Positions 24,455-37,799 are shown, numbered from the whole stretch's first letter. The stretch: DNA of 60,515 nt, filler included, from Squatina squatina (GCA_031763465.1; 3 parts of 3 records of this genome joined end to end with filler, not necessarily neighbours in it); one strand, 5' to 3'. The notes: generated from the letters alone by a model not told the origin. Made by a program: numbers and translations.

Positions 24455-24483
24455 GTGTTACAGTAATTGACAAACCTTTATGA
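24455..24483 (+). CDS. KLHL2: KLHL2 (Mayven) last coding exon
   Basis: Acceptor tttctctcttttag, then (G)VTVIDKPL*, the KLHL2 C-terminus; KLHL2 lies upstream of CPE in human. Confidence 0.75.
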
Positions 24484-25543
24484 CTAAAGTACGCTGGATA
24501 TGGTGAACACTGGATTCTGCATTGAAATGGTATTTCATGAAGTAGCTCAACTTTTTAGCACTTCTTTGCTCATGACCACATTGGAAGCAAGCATTTAAAG
24601 CAATGTGGAAGAGGGCAGACAGCCATGTCTTGTCAGCAAGAATAGAAGATTATGATGATTGCACTTGATAGAAGCACTACATGGAAAAGGGGCTACATTA
24701 CAGCTATTAGCGAGTAGTGTTGGAATGGAGCCTTGAAGTATAGGATTTGAAATTTTAAAAGCTGCTATAGAAATACTGACATGTGTCAGGCAAGATAGAC
24801 TTGAGTGTTGTGTGAAACAAAGCAACACTCTGTTATGGACACTACAGATAGTGGCTTCACAAACCTTGTGAAAAGGAAACAGAGTAATGGTTACAATTGT
24901 ATAGTGGCAAATAAACTGCTTCCATATGTCTGATTATGGAGGTCGATGTGCAAGTTGCCAACAGTTACATTTTGGTTACAGGACCATAATTTTGACTACC
25001 TTTTGCTGTTGGCACAGCACTTCAAGACTTGATTAAANNNNNNNNNNNNNNNNNNNNNNNNNNNNNNNNNNNNNNNNNNNNNNNNNNNNTAGATAACGAG
25101 AGTTTAACACTAAGTTATCACTTGTGGAGAAAAAAAATGAAGACTGTACCAAAACTTTTAAATGCATTTCCAATTTTTAAAAAGTCATGCAACTAATAAG
25201 TGCAGGAAGATTTTGAAATGTATGATTTGTCCTTTGTTTCTATTAAATCATGACCACGTTTTGATGCATTCCTACTTTTCTTGGTTTACTTAAAATAGTT
25301 CTTGGCATGAAGAGTAGTGTTGTAAGTTTATGTTATTAAATGCGTGTGCATTTTCCCTGAATTGCATGTTGTGTTGCCAATATACAGTATATTTATGTAC
25401 TGGTTACATTTTGCTGCTGTTTTTTTGAGTAACACTGCCAATTTTGTTTAGTATTCTGCGTAAATGCTGTAAGGAATATGAACACTGAAGAATTTATTTG
25501 TTTGGGAGGAAAAAATAACTTACTGCATTACTCAAATTGTTTA

Positions 25544-25549
25544 AATAAA
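25544..25549 (+). terminator. Probable KLHL2 polyadenylation signal AATAAA
   Basis: AATAAA ending a ~1-kb U-rich region and followed by GT-rich sequence. Confidence 0.55.
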
Positions 25550-26043
25550 ACTTTCTATTGTGTTTGATTGCAAATCTCTCTTTTTGTGATAGGGAGAAAG
25601 TAGGATACATCTTTCTAGAATTTGGAAGATATTGGGGTTAATGTCTGTTAAAATAGGGAAGATGAAGGATTTGATATAAGCTCATTAAGCATTGATGCGC
25701 TAACACTGTCATTGGTGTTTTCTACCAGCAGATCTAAATATTGGCAGTTAATTAATCTCAGACTGGATGTTAAAATATTTAATTATCTAGGAAGGTTTTT
25801 TTTAAATATAGGAGGCACGTACTGCAGGTAAGTATGTTGACAAAACTGGACACCATCTGAGTGCATCCCACATGCTGTTCTATTGTACTCTGTGGTCTAG
25901 AGCATGTACATGGAGAAGCAGATTGTGGTCTTTAAAGAAATCACCAACGTCATTATCTTGTAATTAAGAGGATGGCAGAAATGCACAAGAATTGTGTTTT
26001 TAGAGGAATACTTGAGGACGGTGCTGAAGAACTATTACAGGAG

Positions 26044-26129
26044 TACAAAAGCAAAATACTGCGGATGCTGGAATCTATAATAAACAAAAAATGCTGGAAA
26101 AACTCAGGTCAGGTAGCATCTGTGGAGAG
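26044..26129 (-). mobile_element. Penelope-like terminal repeat fragment; hammerhead would fall in the gap
   Basis: gatgctggaatct...aaatgctggaaaaactcaggtcaggtagcatctgtggagag, same family as 2778-2890. Confidence 0.7.
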
Positions 26130-26739
26130 NNNNNNNNNNNNNNNNNNNNNNNNNNNNNNNNNNNNNNNNNNNNNNNNNNNNNNNNNNNNNNNNNNNNNNN
26201 NNNNNNNNNNNNNNNNNNNNNNNNNNNNNTTTGTATTGCTTCAAGATGAATCAAATTGTATCAATACGATTTCAGCACTTTTATTGTAGATCCTGTGAGA
26301 ATAAAAAAAAGAAAACAAACATATTGACAAATTTGTCGAATTACTACAATCTCCTCCAAGTGACTTCCACATCCACGTGACACGCAACATCCCAACCTTC
26401 TCCGCAAAATAAAATAGACGGCAGTTGAAAGCTGGTATTTCCCATTCATTATATTCACTGCTTTCTGTAATCTTGGATGAGGGTCAGCTCTGATCTCCGG
26501 TTAAATTCGCAGCCTTCCTGACAATCTCCAAACCTATGTTGCCAGATGAGATAGGAAATGGTTGACTTTTTAAGATTGTATTATGATAGTGAAATAATAA
26601 TAAAAATGATCTTTAAAGAAATGTGGGGAAATGCTTTGATCACAATATCTTGATAGTAGGAGGAACAAAGCTAGTGCAAGAGAAACGAGCAAGCGTGGAA
26701 TCAGAACGAAGTGACCTCCTTTTACCCTTGACAATGCCC

Positions 26740-26912
26740 TTTTAAAGTGTGTGTCCAGGTTGGTTTGTGTCAGCAGCGAGCGGCTCCTCCCTCTCCGAGC
26801 TGTCATTCACTCGCACTGCTGCTCATTACCGGGGCGCCGCTGCCAGTCTCTCTCCCCGTTCACTCGCTCGGCTCTTCCACCTTGAGGCGCGGAGCAGCCA
26901 GCCCGGTTGACC
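26740..26912 (+). promoter_or_regulatory. CPE: CPE GC-rich promoter and 5'UTR
   Basis: CpG-rich segment directly upstream of the Kozak gaccATGG. Confidence 0.55.
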
Positions 26913-27154
26913 ATGGCTTGGTGGCGTCTTCTCCTGACCTGCTCGGCGGTGTGGGGAACAGCAGCCTGGGCGAGGGCAGCGATGCCCGCTGACCCTCCCG
27001 GACCGCGCTCCGCTTCCGACCCGGCGTCCGAGGGGATCCCGTTCGAGTATCACCGCTACCCGGAGCTGCGCGAAGCCCTGGTTGGTGTCTGGCTCCAGTG
27101 CCCCAGCATCAGCCGCATCTATACGGTCGGCAAGAGCTTCGAGAGACGGGAGCT
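26913..27154 (+). CDS. CPE: Carboxypeptidase E exon 1 (signal peptide and start of M14 domain); 3' end in gap
   Basis: [20 protein letters not shown]...[38 protein letters not shown]. Confidence 0.93.
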
Positions 27155-30100
27155 NNNNNNNNNNNNNNNNNNNNNNNNNNNNNNNNNNNNNNNNNNNNNN
27201 NNNNNNNNNNNNNNNNNNNNNNNNNNNNNNNNNNNNNNNNNNNNNNNNNNNNNNNNNNNNNNNNNNNNNNNNNNNNNNNNNNNNNNNNNNNNNNNNNNNN
27301 NNNNNNNNNNNNNNNNNNNNNNNNNNNNNNNNNNNNNNNNNNNNNNNNNNNNNNNNNNNNNNNNNNNNNNNNNNNNNNNNNNNNNNNNNNNNNNNNNNNN
27401 NNNNNNNNNNNNNNNNNNNNNNNNNNNNNNNNNNNNNNNNNNNNNNNNNNNNNNNNNNNNNNNNNNNNNNNNNNNNNNNNNNNNNNNNNNNNNNNNNNNN
27501 NNNNNNNNNNNNNNNNNNNNNNNNNNNNNNNNNNNNNNNNNNNNNNNNNNNNNNNNNNNNNNNNNNNNNNNNNNNNNNNNNNNNNNNNNNNNNNNNNNNN
27601 NNNNNNNNNNNNNNNNNNNNNNNNNNNNNNNNNNNNNNNNNNNNNNNNNNNNNNNNNNNNNNNNNNNNNNNNNNNNNNNNNNNNNNNNNNNNNNNNNNNN
27701 NNNNNNNNNNNNNNNNNNNNNNNNNNNNNNNNNNNNNNNNNNNNNNNNNNNNNNNNNNNNNNNNNNNNNNNNNNNNNNNNNNNNNNNNNNNNNNNNNNNN
27801 NNNNNNNNNNNNNNNNNNNNNNNNNNNNNNNNNNNNNNNNNNNNNNNNNNNNNNNNNNNNNNNNNNNNNNNNNNNNNNNNNNNNNNNNNNNNNNNNNNNN
27901 NNNNNNNNNNNNNNNNNNNNNNNNNNNNNNNNNNNNNNNNNNNNNNNNNNNNNNNNNNNNNNNNNNNNNNNNNNNNNNNNNNNNNNNNNNNNNNNNNNNN
28001 NNNNNNNNNNNNNNNNNNNNNNNNNNNNNNNNNNNNNNNNNNNNNNNNNNNNNNNNNNNNNNNNNNNNNNNNNNNNNNNNNNNNNNNNNNNNNNNNNNNN
28101 NNNNNNNNNNNNNNNNNNNNNNNNNNNNNNNNNNNNNNNCCTCCAGCTTGAATAACAACATTATTTTCACAGTCTAAAGGCAGATGTGCTTGAAATCAAT
28201 AATGTGTCTGCATATTCCAAATAATGTGTTTTTTTTATGAAAAGGGTTATATTTACAGTCAAGAAATGGGAAAACCATCAGGTGAAAATGCATTAGAGGT
28301 CAGTGTGTAGTATAACCCGGCATTTCATGGCATCCCCTCTGGCATGGGCGCAGTCTGCAATAGAAGCATTGTTTGGGGACTGAGTCTGATTTAAATGTAT
28401 GATGTAAACTGTTCACCAAATCCGAAACATAAGAAAATGATTATTTCAGGTTCAGTTTTGAGGGATGATTCTGCTCCTTTTGAAAAATGCCCACATTATT
28501 TGGAAATGCCCCAAATACCTCAGCTCACATAAAGAATGAAAGCTATCATCCCTGTTAGGACATTAAACCATTTTTGAAGGGAGGGAGAAGGGGGTAATAA
28601 GAGAATAATATGCTGGAAATTCAACCTATTGGTATTTTGATCTATTCCCTTGTCATATGTAAGTTCACACAAGAAAGTGTCATTTATGTTGCAGGGAGGG
28701 GGAGAGAATTAGAGGAGAATAGGAGGAGAAAGTTGCTTTCTGGCATAATTTCTAACTGTAAAAGGTTATGTTAACTGGAATCCCTGTTTGAAGTAATGCA
28801 TGTAATTAATAATGTTACATTATCATAAGTCCAAGTGATTGTAGCAATTACAGCATCTTCCAACACGACGCTGTTAATGGCATAGACATCAGAGTGGAAA
28901 GCAGAGGTACCTTTCCAAAAATAGGAATGTGACCTTTCAGAAGTAATCCAATTTAATAACAGTCTGAATAGAAACACATGCAGCCTTTATTCTGCCTGCT
29001 GTTTGGTGCCCATAACTCTGCAACTGGAGTAGGCATCTGATTCATGTTAATGATGTAGATAGAGGGATGCTTTCAGCTTTGTGGTGCTGCTGAAATCTGA
29101 GAGAGACACGCTTCAGGTCTCTCTGGGTTTGTTTGCATTGATGTACAGAGATTCGCTTTAATTGTGTGAAGATTATGAGCATTCACAATGCCAACTGCAT
29201 CTCGCTAATCAATACTTTGTGTGAGTACCTTGCCCCAAAAAATCTCCTGGACTGCTTGCCATTGGCTAATGTTTCTCGCACAATACTCACACCCACATGG
29301 TTTCATTATTCTTCCCAAATGGTACCTAGCATGGCTGACATGTTGAGGGGTGGATGGATGGATGGAATCTGTAACAAAGCTTAAACAGCTAGTGAATTAC
29401 TGCAGGAGTACAAAACACTGGCAAACAGCTGTTTATGGTTTAACAGTTAAACTGTAAAGGGCTGTGAATGAATGAATTGAGCCCAGCACAATATGTCTTT
29501 TGAATGCTATCTTTCCTGTGCAGATTACCAAATGTTGACTATATTTCACATTAGAACACATTTGTTATATTGAGAGCACTTTAATCTTGAGACAAGGTAC
29601 TGTAGCAACTTAAATAATGAATTGTCTGCATATGTGAAGCTGTAGTGGTGAAAACTGCATAATTCTAAAATACACATTTATTACCCTATCAAAATAACTT
29701 GGGTGTTGTGGACTATTTGCTACTTGTGCACAATTNNNNNNNNNNCTCTGGGATGCAGATTTTAGGATGGTCTTGTGCGATAGTGAAAGAACATCTGTAA
29801 CGAATTTGTTCCTAATGCAATATCAGCCCTGTTCAGTTTGTTTTCTTTCTCCTCCCCTGAATATATTTTCTATTAAAATAGCTGAGGCAGGCAGGCAAGC
29901 CAGAAATAAGGATGTTCACCCACTAACCATCCTGCTCGAAATGTTAGTCAGTACAAGGTGTGCATCTTCCCAAATGTCTATAGGAAAAGCTCAACAAGCC
30001 TTTACCTTTTTCTTGAAGGAGGGAGGAGAAAGGCCCTTTAGAACATTCCCTAGCTAACTGAGGTTTGGACAAACCCATTGCATACATATGGTAAACAGAT

Positions 30101-30241
30101 TGGTGAACCAGGCTCCCTCGGGGCTTCAGCTTTGACCCCAGAAATATGAAGCAATTACTATCAAGGTGTGTGTGAGTAAATCATATTTTCCATCATGTTT
30201 AATTGTGCGCTGCAAATTTATCATTGATCTTAAAGAATGAG

Positions 30242-30381
30242 GGAGGTGAAATTTGTCTTGAATGGGAGTGCAAAATGAGCGATGGTGCATCAGCAGCCGA
30301 AAATCGGGCGGAGAGTAAGACAGGCTGCCGGTACGCTATCGCCTGTGGCTAGGGCAACCACACAAGACAAGTTTCACCCCC
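30242..30381. mobile_element. ~140-bp MITE with ~19-bp TIRs
   Basis: ggaggtgaaatttgtcttg ... caagacaagtttcaccccc, plus inner inverted arms gcgatggtgcatcagcagcc / ggctgccggtacgctatcgc. Confidence 0.7.
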
Positions 30382-30840
30382 TGGTGTGTTATATATTTTA
30401 GTTGTATTCCTATCTTGAACTGAAGCATTTTTACCATCACCTGGAAGCCAATTCTCTTTTGGTTATGTCACTCTCTGTGTAAGATCCTGTAAAAGTCGTT
30501 AAATATTTTCCATGAGATAATACAGCCAGAAATAGTGAACGTAGCAAATATTTTCATGGATGACAAATTATTCAGTGCTGGTATATAAAAAAAGTACAGT
30601 CATTAGAAAGCAGAGAGTAGATTATTGTCCCCTTTCGAGATTTTTTGACCATTTATCCACAGAACGGACTTGGGGAGAGGGGAGAAAGAGTAACTTTTTA
30701 CTTGTAAGCTATTTAAATCAAATTGAATTCATAAATGTTTTCTTTAAAAACAGGTTCTGAGACAGTAGGTGGTTAAAATTTTAATGGGCTAAGTTTTGAT
30801 ATTGTTTTCCCATAGACTGTAAATAATAAATATATTTTTA

Positions 30841-31237
30841 GCCTGTCTCAATTTCAAAATTCTCATCCTTATTTTCAAATTCCTCCATGGCCTTGCCCCT
30901 CCCTATCTCTGTAATCTCCTCCAGCTCCCCCAAATATCTGTGCTCCTCTAATTCTGCCCTCTTGAGCATCTCTGATTATAATCACTGTAACATTGGTGGC
31001 AGTGCCTTCTACTGCCTAGGCCCTAAGCTCTGGAATTCTCTGCCTAAACCTCTCCATCTCTCTCACTGCTCCTTTTAAGACACTCCTTAAAACCTACCCC
31101 TTTGAACAAGCTTTTGGTCACATGCTCCATTTTCTCCTTAAGTGGCTCGGTGCCAAATCTTTGGTCTCATAATACTCCTGTGAAGCGCCTAGGGACATTC
31201 TACTGCGTTAAGGCGCTATATGAATACAAGTTGTTGT
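30841..31237 (+). mobile_element. L2 LINE 3' end
   Basis: FKILILIFKFLHGLAPPYL...GGSAF.CLGPKLWNSLP, 3'UTR and caagttgttgt tail. Confidence 0.85.
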
Positions 31238-31337
31238 NNNNNNNNNNNNNNNNNNNNNNNNNNNNNNNNNNNNNNNNNNNNNNNNNNNNNNNNNNNNNNN
31301 NNNNNNNNNNNNNNNNNNNNNNNNNNNNNNNNNNNNN

Positions 31338-31607
<270 letters not shown>

Positions 31608-31789
31608 TGACAGCAGAATGTGCTCCATATCCCTAGATACTTGTAATAATGTCACCTGTTCACACGTTTGGCATTTCTCTGAAAGGATAGTCCTCTCTTT
31701 GGGAAAAACCATTTTGCCATTCATGATGGTTTATCTTATACTTCAAACAATTCACCAGATTTTGCTTTCCTCTGCTCTGCTGAAGGCAT

Positions 31790-32120
31790 TGCCTCATGCT
31801 GGAATGCAGTTGAGCAAGTTGGACGAGGTTCCATTCTTCATGTGTGAGTTTCGACAGTAACCTTCAGCAGGATATTTAACCATGGAGGTCATCATCACTG
31901 AGACCGATCATTTACTCACCCAATGCCCATACCTCTGCATTTTCCAGTAGGGATCGCGAGACAGTGATTCCATCCCACCCCAGACCAGAATTGGTAATGG
32001 CAGCTGCACTGCCACCTGGTGAAATCAGCAACTCAACGTGGACTAAGGGTTAGTCTGGGTCCTTCCAGATCTGTGTGGGTTCAGTTCCATACTTGATAAA
32101 GCATTTGCAGCTGGATAGCC
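31790..32120 (-). mobile_element. Old SINE-like repeat, second family; related pieces at ~35640-35830 (-) and ~36290-36450 (+)
   Basis: Mutual similarity by eye (cattcttcatgtgtgag...gacag...tcagca; ggtccttccagatctgt). Confidence 0.4.
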
Positions 32121-32149
32121 TGAATCACCAGATTTTAACCAAAACATTT

Positions 32150-32745
32150 GGGGGTGAAATTTGGTAGAGCTTTTGTTAAGGCGCTACACAAAATGCTAGC
32201 ACCTTAATAGCGCCTAGAAGCGGAGGTGCAATGACGTCGCAAAATTTGGGTTTTAAAAAATTTTTTGGGGGGCGAGGCGAGTTTGGGAGGCGCTAAGTCG
32301 GGACTTTTGGCGCAATGTCCAGAGGCGACCTGCTGGCTACGGAGGCGAGGCGCACACGCACCATTCCATGGCCCTGACTTGACATTGCAGCAAATCACTT
32401 CAGACACAAGAAATGAATGCTGATTCCAGGAAATCATGGCTGTCTGAAGGAGTTCGCACCAGATGAAGGCAAACACACCAGACTATGACAACAGTGCTGA
32501 GTAACAGGNNNNNNNNNNNNNNNNNNNNNNNNNNNNNNNNNNNNNNNNNNNNNNNNNNNNNNNNNNNNNNNNNNNNNNNNNNNNNNNNNNNNNNNNNNNN
32601 NNNNNNNNCCTTTTGATGATGTGGTACGCCGACCTTCTGCGAAATTTCCCGGGCGAGGCACAAAAGTGTCTGCGCCTGGCTGCGACATAGCCATTCCGGC
32701 ATGCCCAATTTCTCTTTTCGTGGAAAAAAGGGGAAATTCGCCCCC
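32150..32745. mobile_element. Non-autonomous DNA transposon ends with GGGGGYGAA TIRs (Harbinger-like); spans a gap
   Basis: Starts gggggtgaaatt, ends aaattcgccccc-taa, CpG-rich ggcg repeats inside. Confidence 0.5.
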
Positions 32746-32913
32746 TAAATATCGATGTCTAGATTTCAAGAAATATTTGGTTTATGTTGGCCTCCTTCCA
32801 TGCAGTAAATTTCTATGAATCTATTCTATGATTCTATGTTTTACAGATAATTTTAATTATATTCAGCAGTAAATTTTTATGTAGGTTTTCTTCCCCTTGT
32901 TTTTCCCTTCCAG

Positions 32914-33081
32914 ACAGGTGATCTGAAGGACTGGTTTGTGGGGCGCAACAATGCACAAGGAACAGACCTCAACAGAAATTTTCTCGATCTAGATCGGATA
33001 GTCTACGTGTATGAACGGGAAGGAGGGCCCAATAACCATCTTCTGAAAAACATAAAGCTTTCTGTGGACAAAAACACAAAG
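32914..33081 (+). CDS. CPE: CPE exon 3
   Basis: [56 protein letters not shown]; AG/GT boundaries, 168 nt. Confidence 0.95.
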
Positions 33082-34261
33082 GTAGGAGTGTGACTACAAG
33101 ATTCTGGGACAAAGTGGTCCCATTCACTGCTGCTGAGCAATTGAATGCTCATAATTTGTCCCAGTATTTTCTTCACATGTTATCTTGTATAAAGTTATCA
33201 GGTTAGAAGAATGGACGAGGATAGTATTCCCCAATTTTTCTTTTTTACAAACACGTGTACACACACGTACAAAATAGGGTAGCTATCCTCAAAAAGTGCT
33301 CCTAACCAGAAGTGTTGCTTACAGCCAGCAGTGCTTAGCAAATTGTGGGCCCATAGTGCCTGATTGTTCCATTCATTTATTTAAGTAGACAGGAAAATGG
33401 GATGTAGGCCTGTGATTTCCTGACAAGTACCCACTGTGAGCACCCTTTCTGGGAAATGGCTCAAGTGTCTCCTATCTACTTGAAGATATATGTGTTATTG
33501 TAGAGTATTTTCTGGCTAATATTTTGGGTCTCCATTCTCCTCCAGCACCACCTAGGTGCTTTAGNNNNNNNNNNNNNNNNNNNNNNNNNNNNNNNNNNNN
33601 NNNNNNNNNNNNNNNNNNNNNNNNNNNNNNNNNNNNNNNNNNNNNNNNNNNNNNNNNNNNNNNNATGAGTAAAGAAAAAGTGCGATATCCTGGAAAATCT
33701 ATAAATGAGATTTCCATTATAACTTACCATTGAAAGTACACAGCATTCTGTGCAACCATCCTTTACACATCTTCTAGTGTTATTATGCATAGTGACAATG
33801 ACAGAGGATTTTAATTTTAAAAACAACTGATGTCAAATACTGGGTGGCTGTCATGGTTACAGGTAGAAGTCCAATCTTAGTATTTATGTGATTGGCTAAA
33901 CTTCATTCTCATGCTTTATGATATCATCTGAACCCCTTATTGGATTATTTCCACACAGTCGATGTTTTCGTACATAGACCAGAATGGAAGTGTGTACGAC
34001 AAAAGGACACCGCCCACTGTGTTAAGTGAAGGGAAGAGAAACAGTTTTAATGTTATGTTTTACTGATATGATTGCCCTGCACACATCACTCCCATTTTTG
34101 TTGCTCAGGAGTCATAGAGCTATTCCCACCAATAGAATGTGAAATTATATTCTGTAGACCCTCCAAATGCAATATCCTGTATTTGCTGGCAGTTTTCAAA
34201 GAGAGCCTGAAATCGCTCAACAAGAACTTGTACAAAAGAGTTGATTATGTTCCATAACACT

Positions 34262-34341
34262 TGATATTCCATTTGTTCTCTCAGCAAATCTTCATGGTGG
34301 TGACGTTGTAGCGAACTACCCATACGACGAGACTCGCACCG
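34262..34341 (+). CDS. CPE: CPE exon 4, 3' part only
   Basis: [27 protein letters not shown] with donor G|GTAAAT; expected 5' part LAPETKAVIHWI is missing and an in-frame TGA lies upstream. Confidence 0.85.
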
Positions 34342-35332
34342 GTAAATACAAAAGGAACCTGATGAAAAATGATGTTTGCTCGGCATAAATATAGAGCATA
34401 AAATGAACAAAGTAAAGTGATATAAACATGTCAGTCTCTCAGAGGGTTGCTACCTTTATGTCATACAGCAGCATACAGGCAGGCCAACGGGGCAGAGCTC
34501 TACTCTGTTACAAGGTTTAGAGGAGGGAGTAAATAATGCCATGATGTCGCCAGAGGTTTGTGCAGCAGCAGTTGTCAATCCTGTTCCAACACAGATGTTT
34601 GCTACAACACAAACTTCCTGCTGCAGTCAAAATAACAAGTTGGCTTTTCCGAACTTGAATTTTCTCAGTAATATGTTTTTAGAAATAAAGTTTTCATTAA
34701 AAAACTCAGTTTTATGGATCTGTGGTAAAAGTAGAGTGATTACATACCTGATGACACCTTAGCCAGTGGTTTAAAAAAACCTCAGACTTTTCATGTTGGT
34801 GAAAGTGATCGCTTAATGAAATTGACAAATATAATACTTTTAAGATGCTTTTCTGGACATTGTTATTTTAAAAATACCATATAGAGATAAAGACAAATGG
34901 GAAACGTTGGCTATATGCTTGAAACTCATAGCACTACAAAGTATTCACATTTGTTTTAAAATATATAATCAATTGGTTTTTCATTTTCCCCCATGTCACA
35001 CACACTCTGAAAAGTCTCATTCAGGCTTTACTGACAGATAGTTATTTCTGGTATCAAACCAATTCTTTTTCCAGCCATTGCGATCAAGTGTCAAGTAAGG
35101 GGGGCAGTGAGGGGAGAGAAGAAAATTCCTGAGTCACAATGCAGTCCAGTCCCAACAGCTTTGTACACATGGGAGTGAATGCAAAGAAAAACCATCAGTC
35201 CAGTAGCATTTTTTCAACAGACTATAATAATTNNNNNNNNNNNNNNNNNNNNNNNNNNNNNNNNNNNNNNNNNNNNNNNNNNNNNNNNNNNNNNNNNNNN
35301 NNNNNNNNNNNNNNNNNNNNNNNNNNNNNNNN

Positions 35333-35613
35333 GAGGACACCAATTTAAGGTGATTGGCAGAAGAACCAAAGACAATGTAAGAGCAAACTTTTTTACGCGG
35401 TGAGTGGTTAAGATCTGGAATGCACTGCCTGAAAGGGTGGTGGAGGCAGACTCTAAAATGTTATCTTTCAAAAGGGAGTTGGATAAGTTTCTGAAGGAAA
35501 ACAATTTGCAGGGCCATGGGGAAAGGGCAGGGAAGTGGGACTATCTGAAAGTCGGCACAGACTCGACCGGCTGAATGGCCTTCTTCCGTGCTGTAACCAT
35601 TCTATGATTCTAT
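35333..35613 (+). mobile_element. CR1-type LINE 3' end
   Basis: RGHQFKVIGRR...FFT.VVKIWNALPERVVEA, tail cattctatgattctat. Confidence 0.85.
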
Positions 35614-35914
35614 GGATCTATCACCTTGTGTATTGTAGTCTGGTATTTGGAACAGTGCCTGCTTGCTGTCCCCTATATGCATGTACTTCCAGCAGACACT
35701 TCTCTATCTAGTTTGGGGGTACTGAGGTTAACTGGGCACCCTATTTGAGACTAACTCAGCACAGATTAGAAATTGAGCCTGGGGCCTTCCAGATCTGTAT
35801 AGCATATTTCCATCTCATGGTGCTTTTCCTCACTGCACCATTGCTCTTTGTCCAAAAAATCCCAAACAGTTAATATTGTTAGATCTTGTAATTTTGTCAT
35901 TTGTTATTTTCCAG

Positions 35915-36054
35915 GTATGCAAGATTTCAACTACCTGAGCAGTAACTGCTTTGAAATCACAGTGGAACTGAGCTGCGAAAAATTTCCACCAGAAGACACA
36001 CTCCCACAGTACTGGAAGGAGAATAAAGACTCTCTCATTAATTACATTGAGCAG
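35915..36054 (+). CDS. CPE: CPE exon 6 (contains catalytic Glu in EITVEL)
   Basis: [47 protein letters not shown]; AG/GT boundaries, 140 nt. Confidence 0.97.
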
Positions 36055-37104
36055 GTTAGCAAAAAAAATCCAGTAGGTGGTGACATTAGATCAAGCCCAT
36101 TTTGAAATGAGTCCCTCTTCACTTTCCTCACCATTTACATTGTGTTGCTATATTAATACAGGATGTGCAAATCTGAAGTGATTGACAGCCATGCCTATAC
36201 TTTCACTGTGTTCAAATGAGCCAGCAAGTAAAGAACTTGAGCTCATTTGGGACTAAACTAGATTGCCTTTAGATTCAAGGTTCTCATTCATGTTACCTTT
36301 GCTGGAAACATACGTATGTGGACACCAGACAAGAGTAGGGTTGGGCTCAACTATAATTTGTCACCGCTGCTGAATATTTGCTGACACCCACTGTCCATGC
36401 TCCTATGTGAAGAATGACCACTTGGCTGAGATCCTGCAGGACTGTGGATCTGTACCACCAGAGGACTAAAGGGAGAAAACTGAAGGGAAAATTTTAGGGA
36501 GTAACATTGCATAGCTACCAATACGCTTTTTCCAAGTCAAAATGTTGTTTCTCTCAGAAAGTAGTCTGGATGTGACCAGCTGAGTCTAAAGGGGATATTT
36601 TAACTCCCGGGTGAGTAGCTGGCTGGGTGAGCGGGCTGCCCAGCTGATTTTAATGGCCAGGCCTCATTCAGATCTCATCAACCAGTTGCCCGCCCAAAAT
36701 GGGTGGAAAAAGGCAGCTACCAACGGTCAACAATTGGGTGGCCCTGCTGACACCGAAGTACGTCGCCGGGGGCGGGGGAAGGGGGCATCGGGCAGGGGAG
36801 TTTGTCAGCCTGTCGCAAGTGGGAAGGTGGAAGCCCGGGGCAGCAGAGGCCCAGGACCACCCCTACTTCTCCTAGCCCAGCAAAAGAAATTTTCCTACAT
36901 TACAACAGTGACAGCTTCATTGGCTGTAAGGTGCTGTGCGATGTCCTGTTATCTTGATTGNNNNNNNNNNNNNNNNNNNNNNNNNNNNNNNNNNNNNNNN
37001 NNNNNNNNNNNNNNNNNNNNNNNNNNNNNNNNNNNNNNNNNNNNNNNNNNNNNNNNNNNNATCAGATATGTGGAACGTCAACTTTTGTAGGTGTTGCATT
37101 TGGG

Positions 37105-37353
37105 AGGATTCTTTAGGCGCTCAGTTTAGGGAATTTTGAAACGGGGCACCAACGAGGCGCCGCACACACTGATGATGACATCGGAGGCACTAAGTTGATC
37201 TCGCCTGGCCGCGGAGGCGCAAAATTTTAACGCCTAAAGTTTTGCCTGTCCGAATTTCGCGGGAGGTGCAAAACGGTGATTTAACACCTAAAGAATTTTT
37301 AACACCTTAAGTCGGCATTAAACGAATTTAACGCCATGCCGAATTTCACCCCC
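37105..37353 (-). mobile_element. DNA transposon terminal segment (Harbinger-like), same family as 57521-57775
   Basis: Reverse complement aligns by eye with 57521-57775 (cctccg.ggccaggcgagat; aaaattcccta.act.a.cgcct); ends aatttcacccc. Confidence 0.6.
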
Positions 37354-37700
37354 AAGATACCTACACTGAAAACAGATCTTTGTAAACAATATTTGGTATT
37401 AATTGAATTTATATACTATATTTGGAATAAATTGCATTTCCCACAGTCCTAGAAACCCAATAAATTGTAAAGGAAGAACGAACTTGCATTAATATAATGC
37501 CTTTCATGACTTTNNNNNNNNNNTGGTTGGGATGATGGTGTGTAGAAGTCACATAATGATGGTGTGGGACAAGTTTAAAGGACCAGCTGGTGTTTTCTTG
37601 TCCTTCATTTTTGTATGTCCCATTTGTTCGCTTAAGTGTAAATTGCGAAGTAAAGGATTTTATTTTTCAAACATCTTTATTTTGATCTGTTTCTTTGCAG

Positions 37701-37799
37701 GTTAACTTTGATCTTGAATCATTTTCTGAGAGAAAAGAAGAGGAGAAGGCAGAAATAATGGAATGGTGGAAGATGATGTCTGAAACACTGAACTTTTAA
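37701..37799 (+). CDS. CPE: CPE last coding exon (amphipathic membrane-binding tail)
   Basis: Acceptor ttctttgcag; [32 protein letters not shown]. Confidence 0.97.
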   Translation, partial: VNFDLESFSERKEEEKAEIMEWWKMMSETLNF

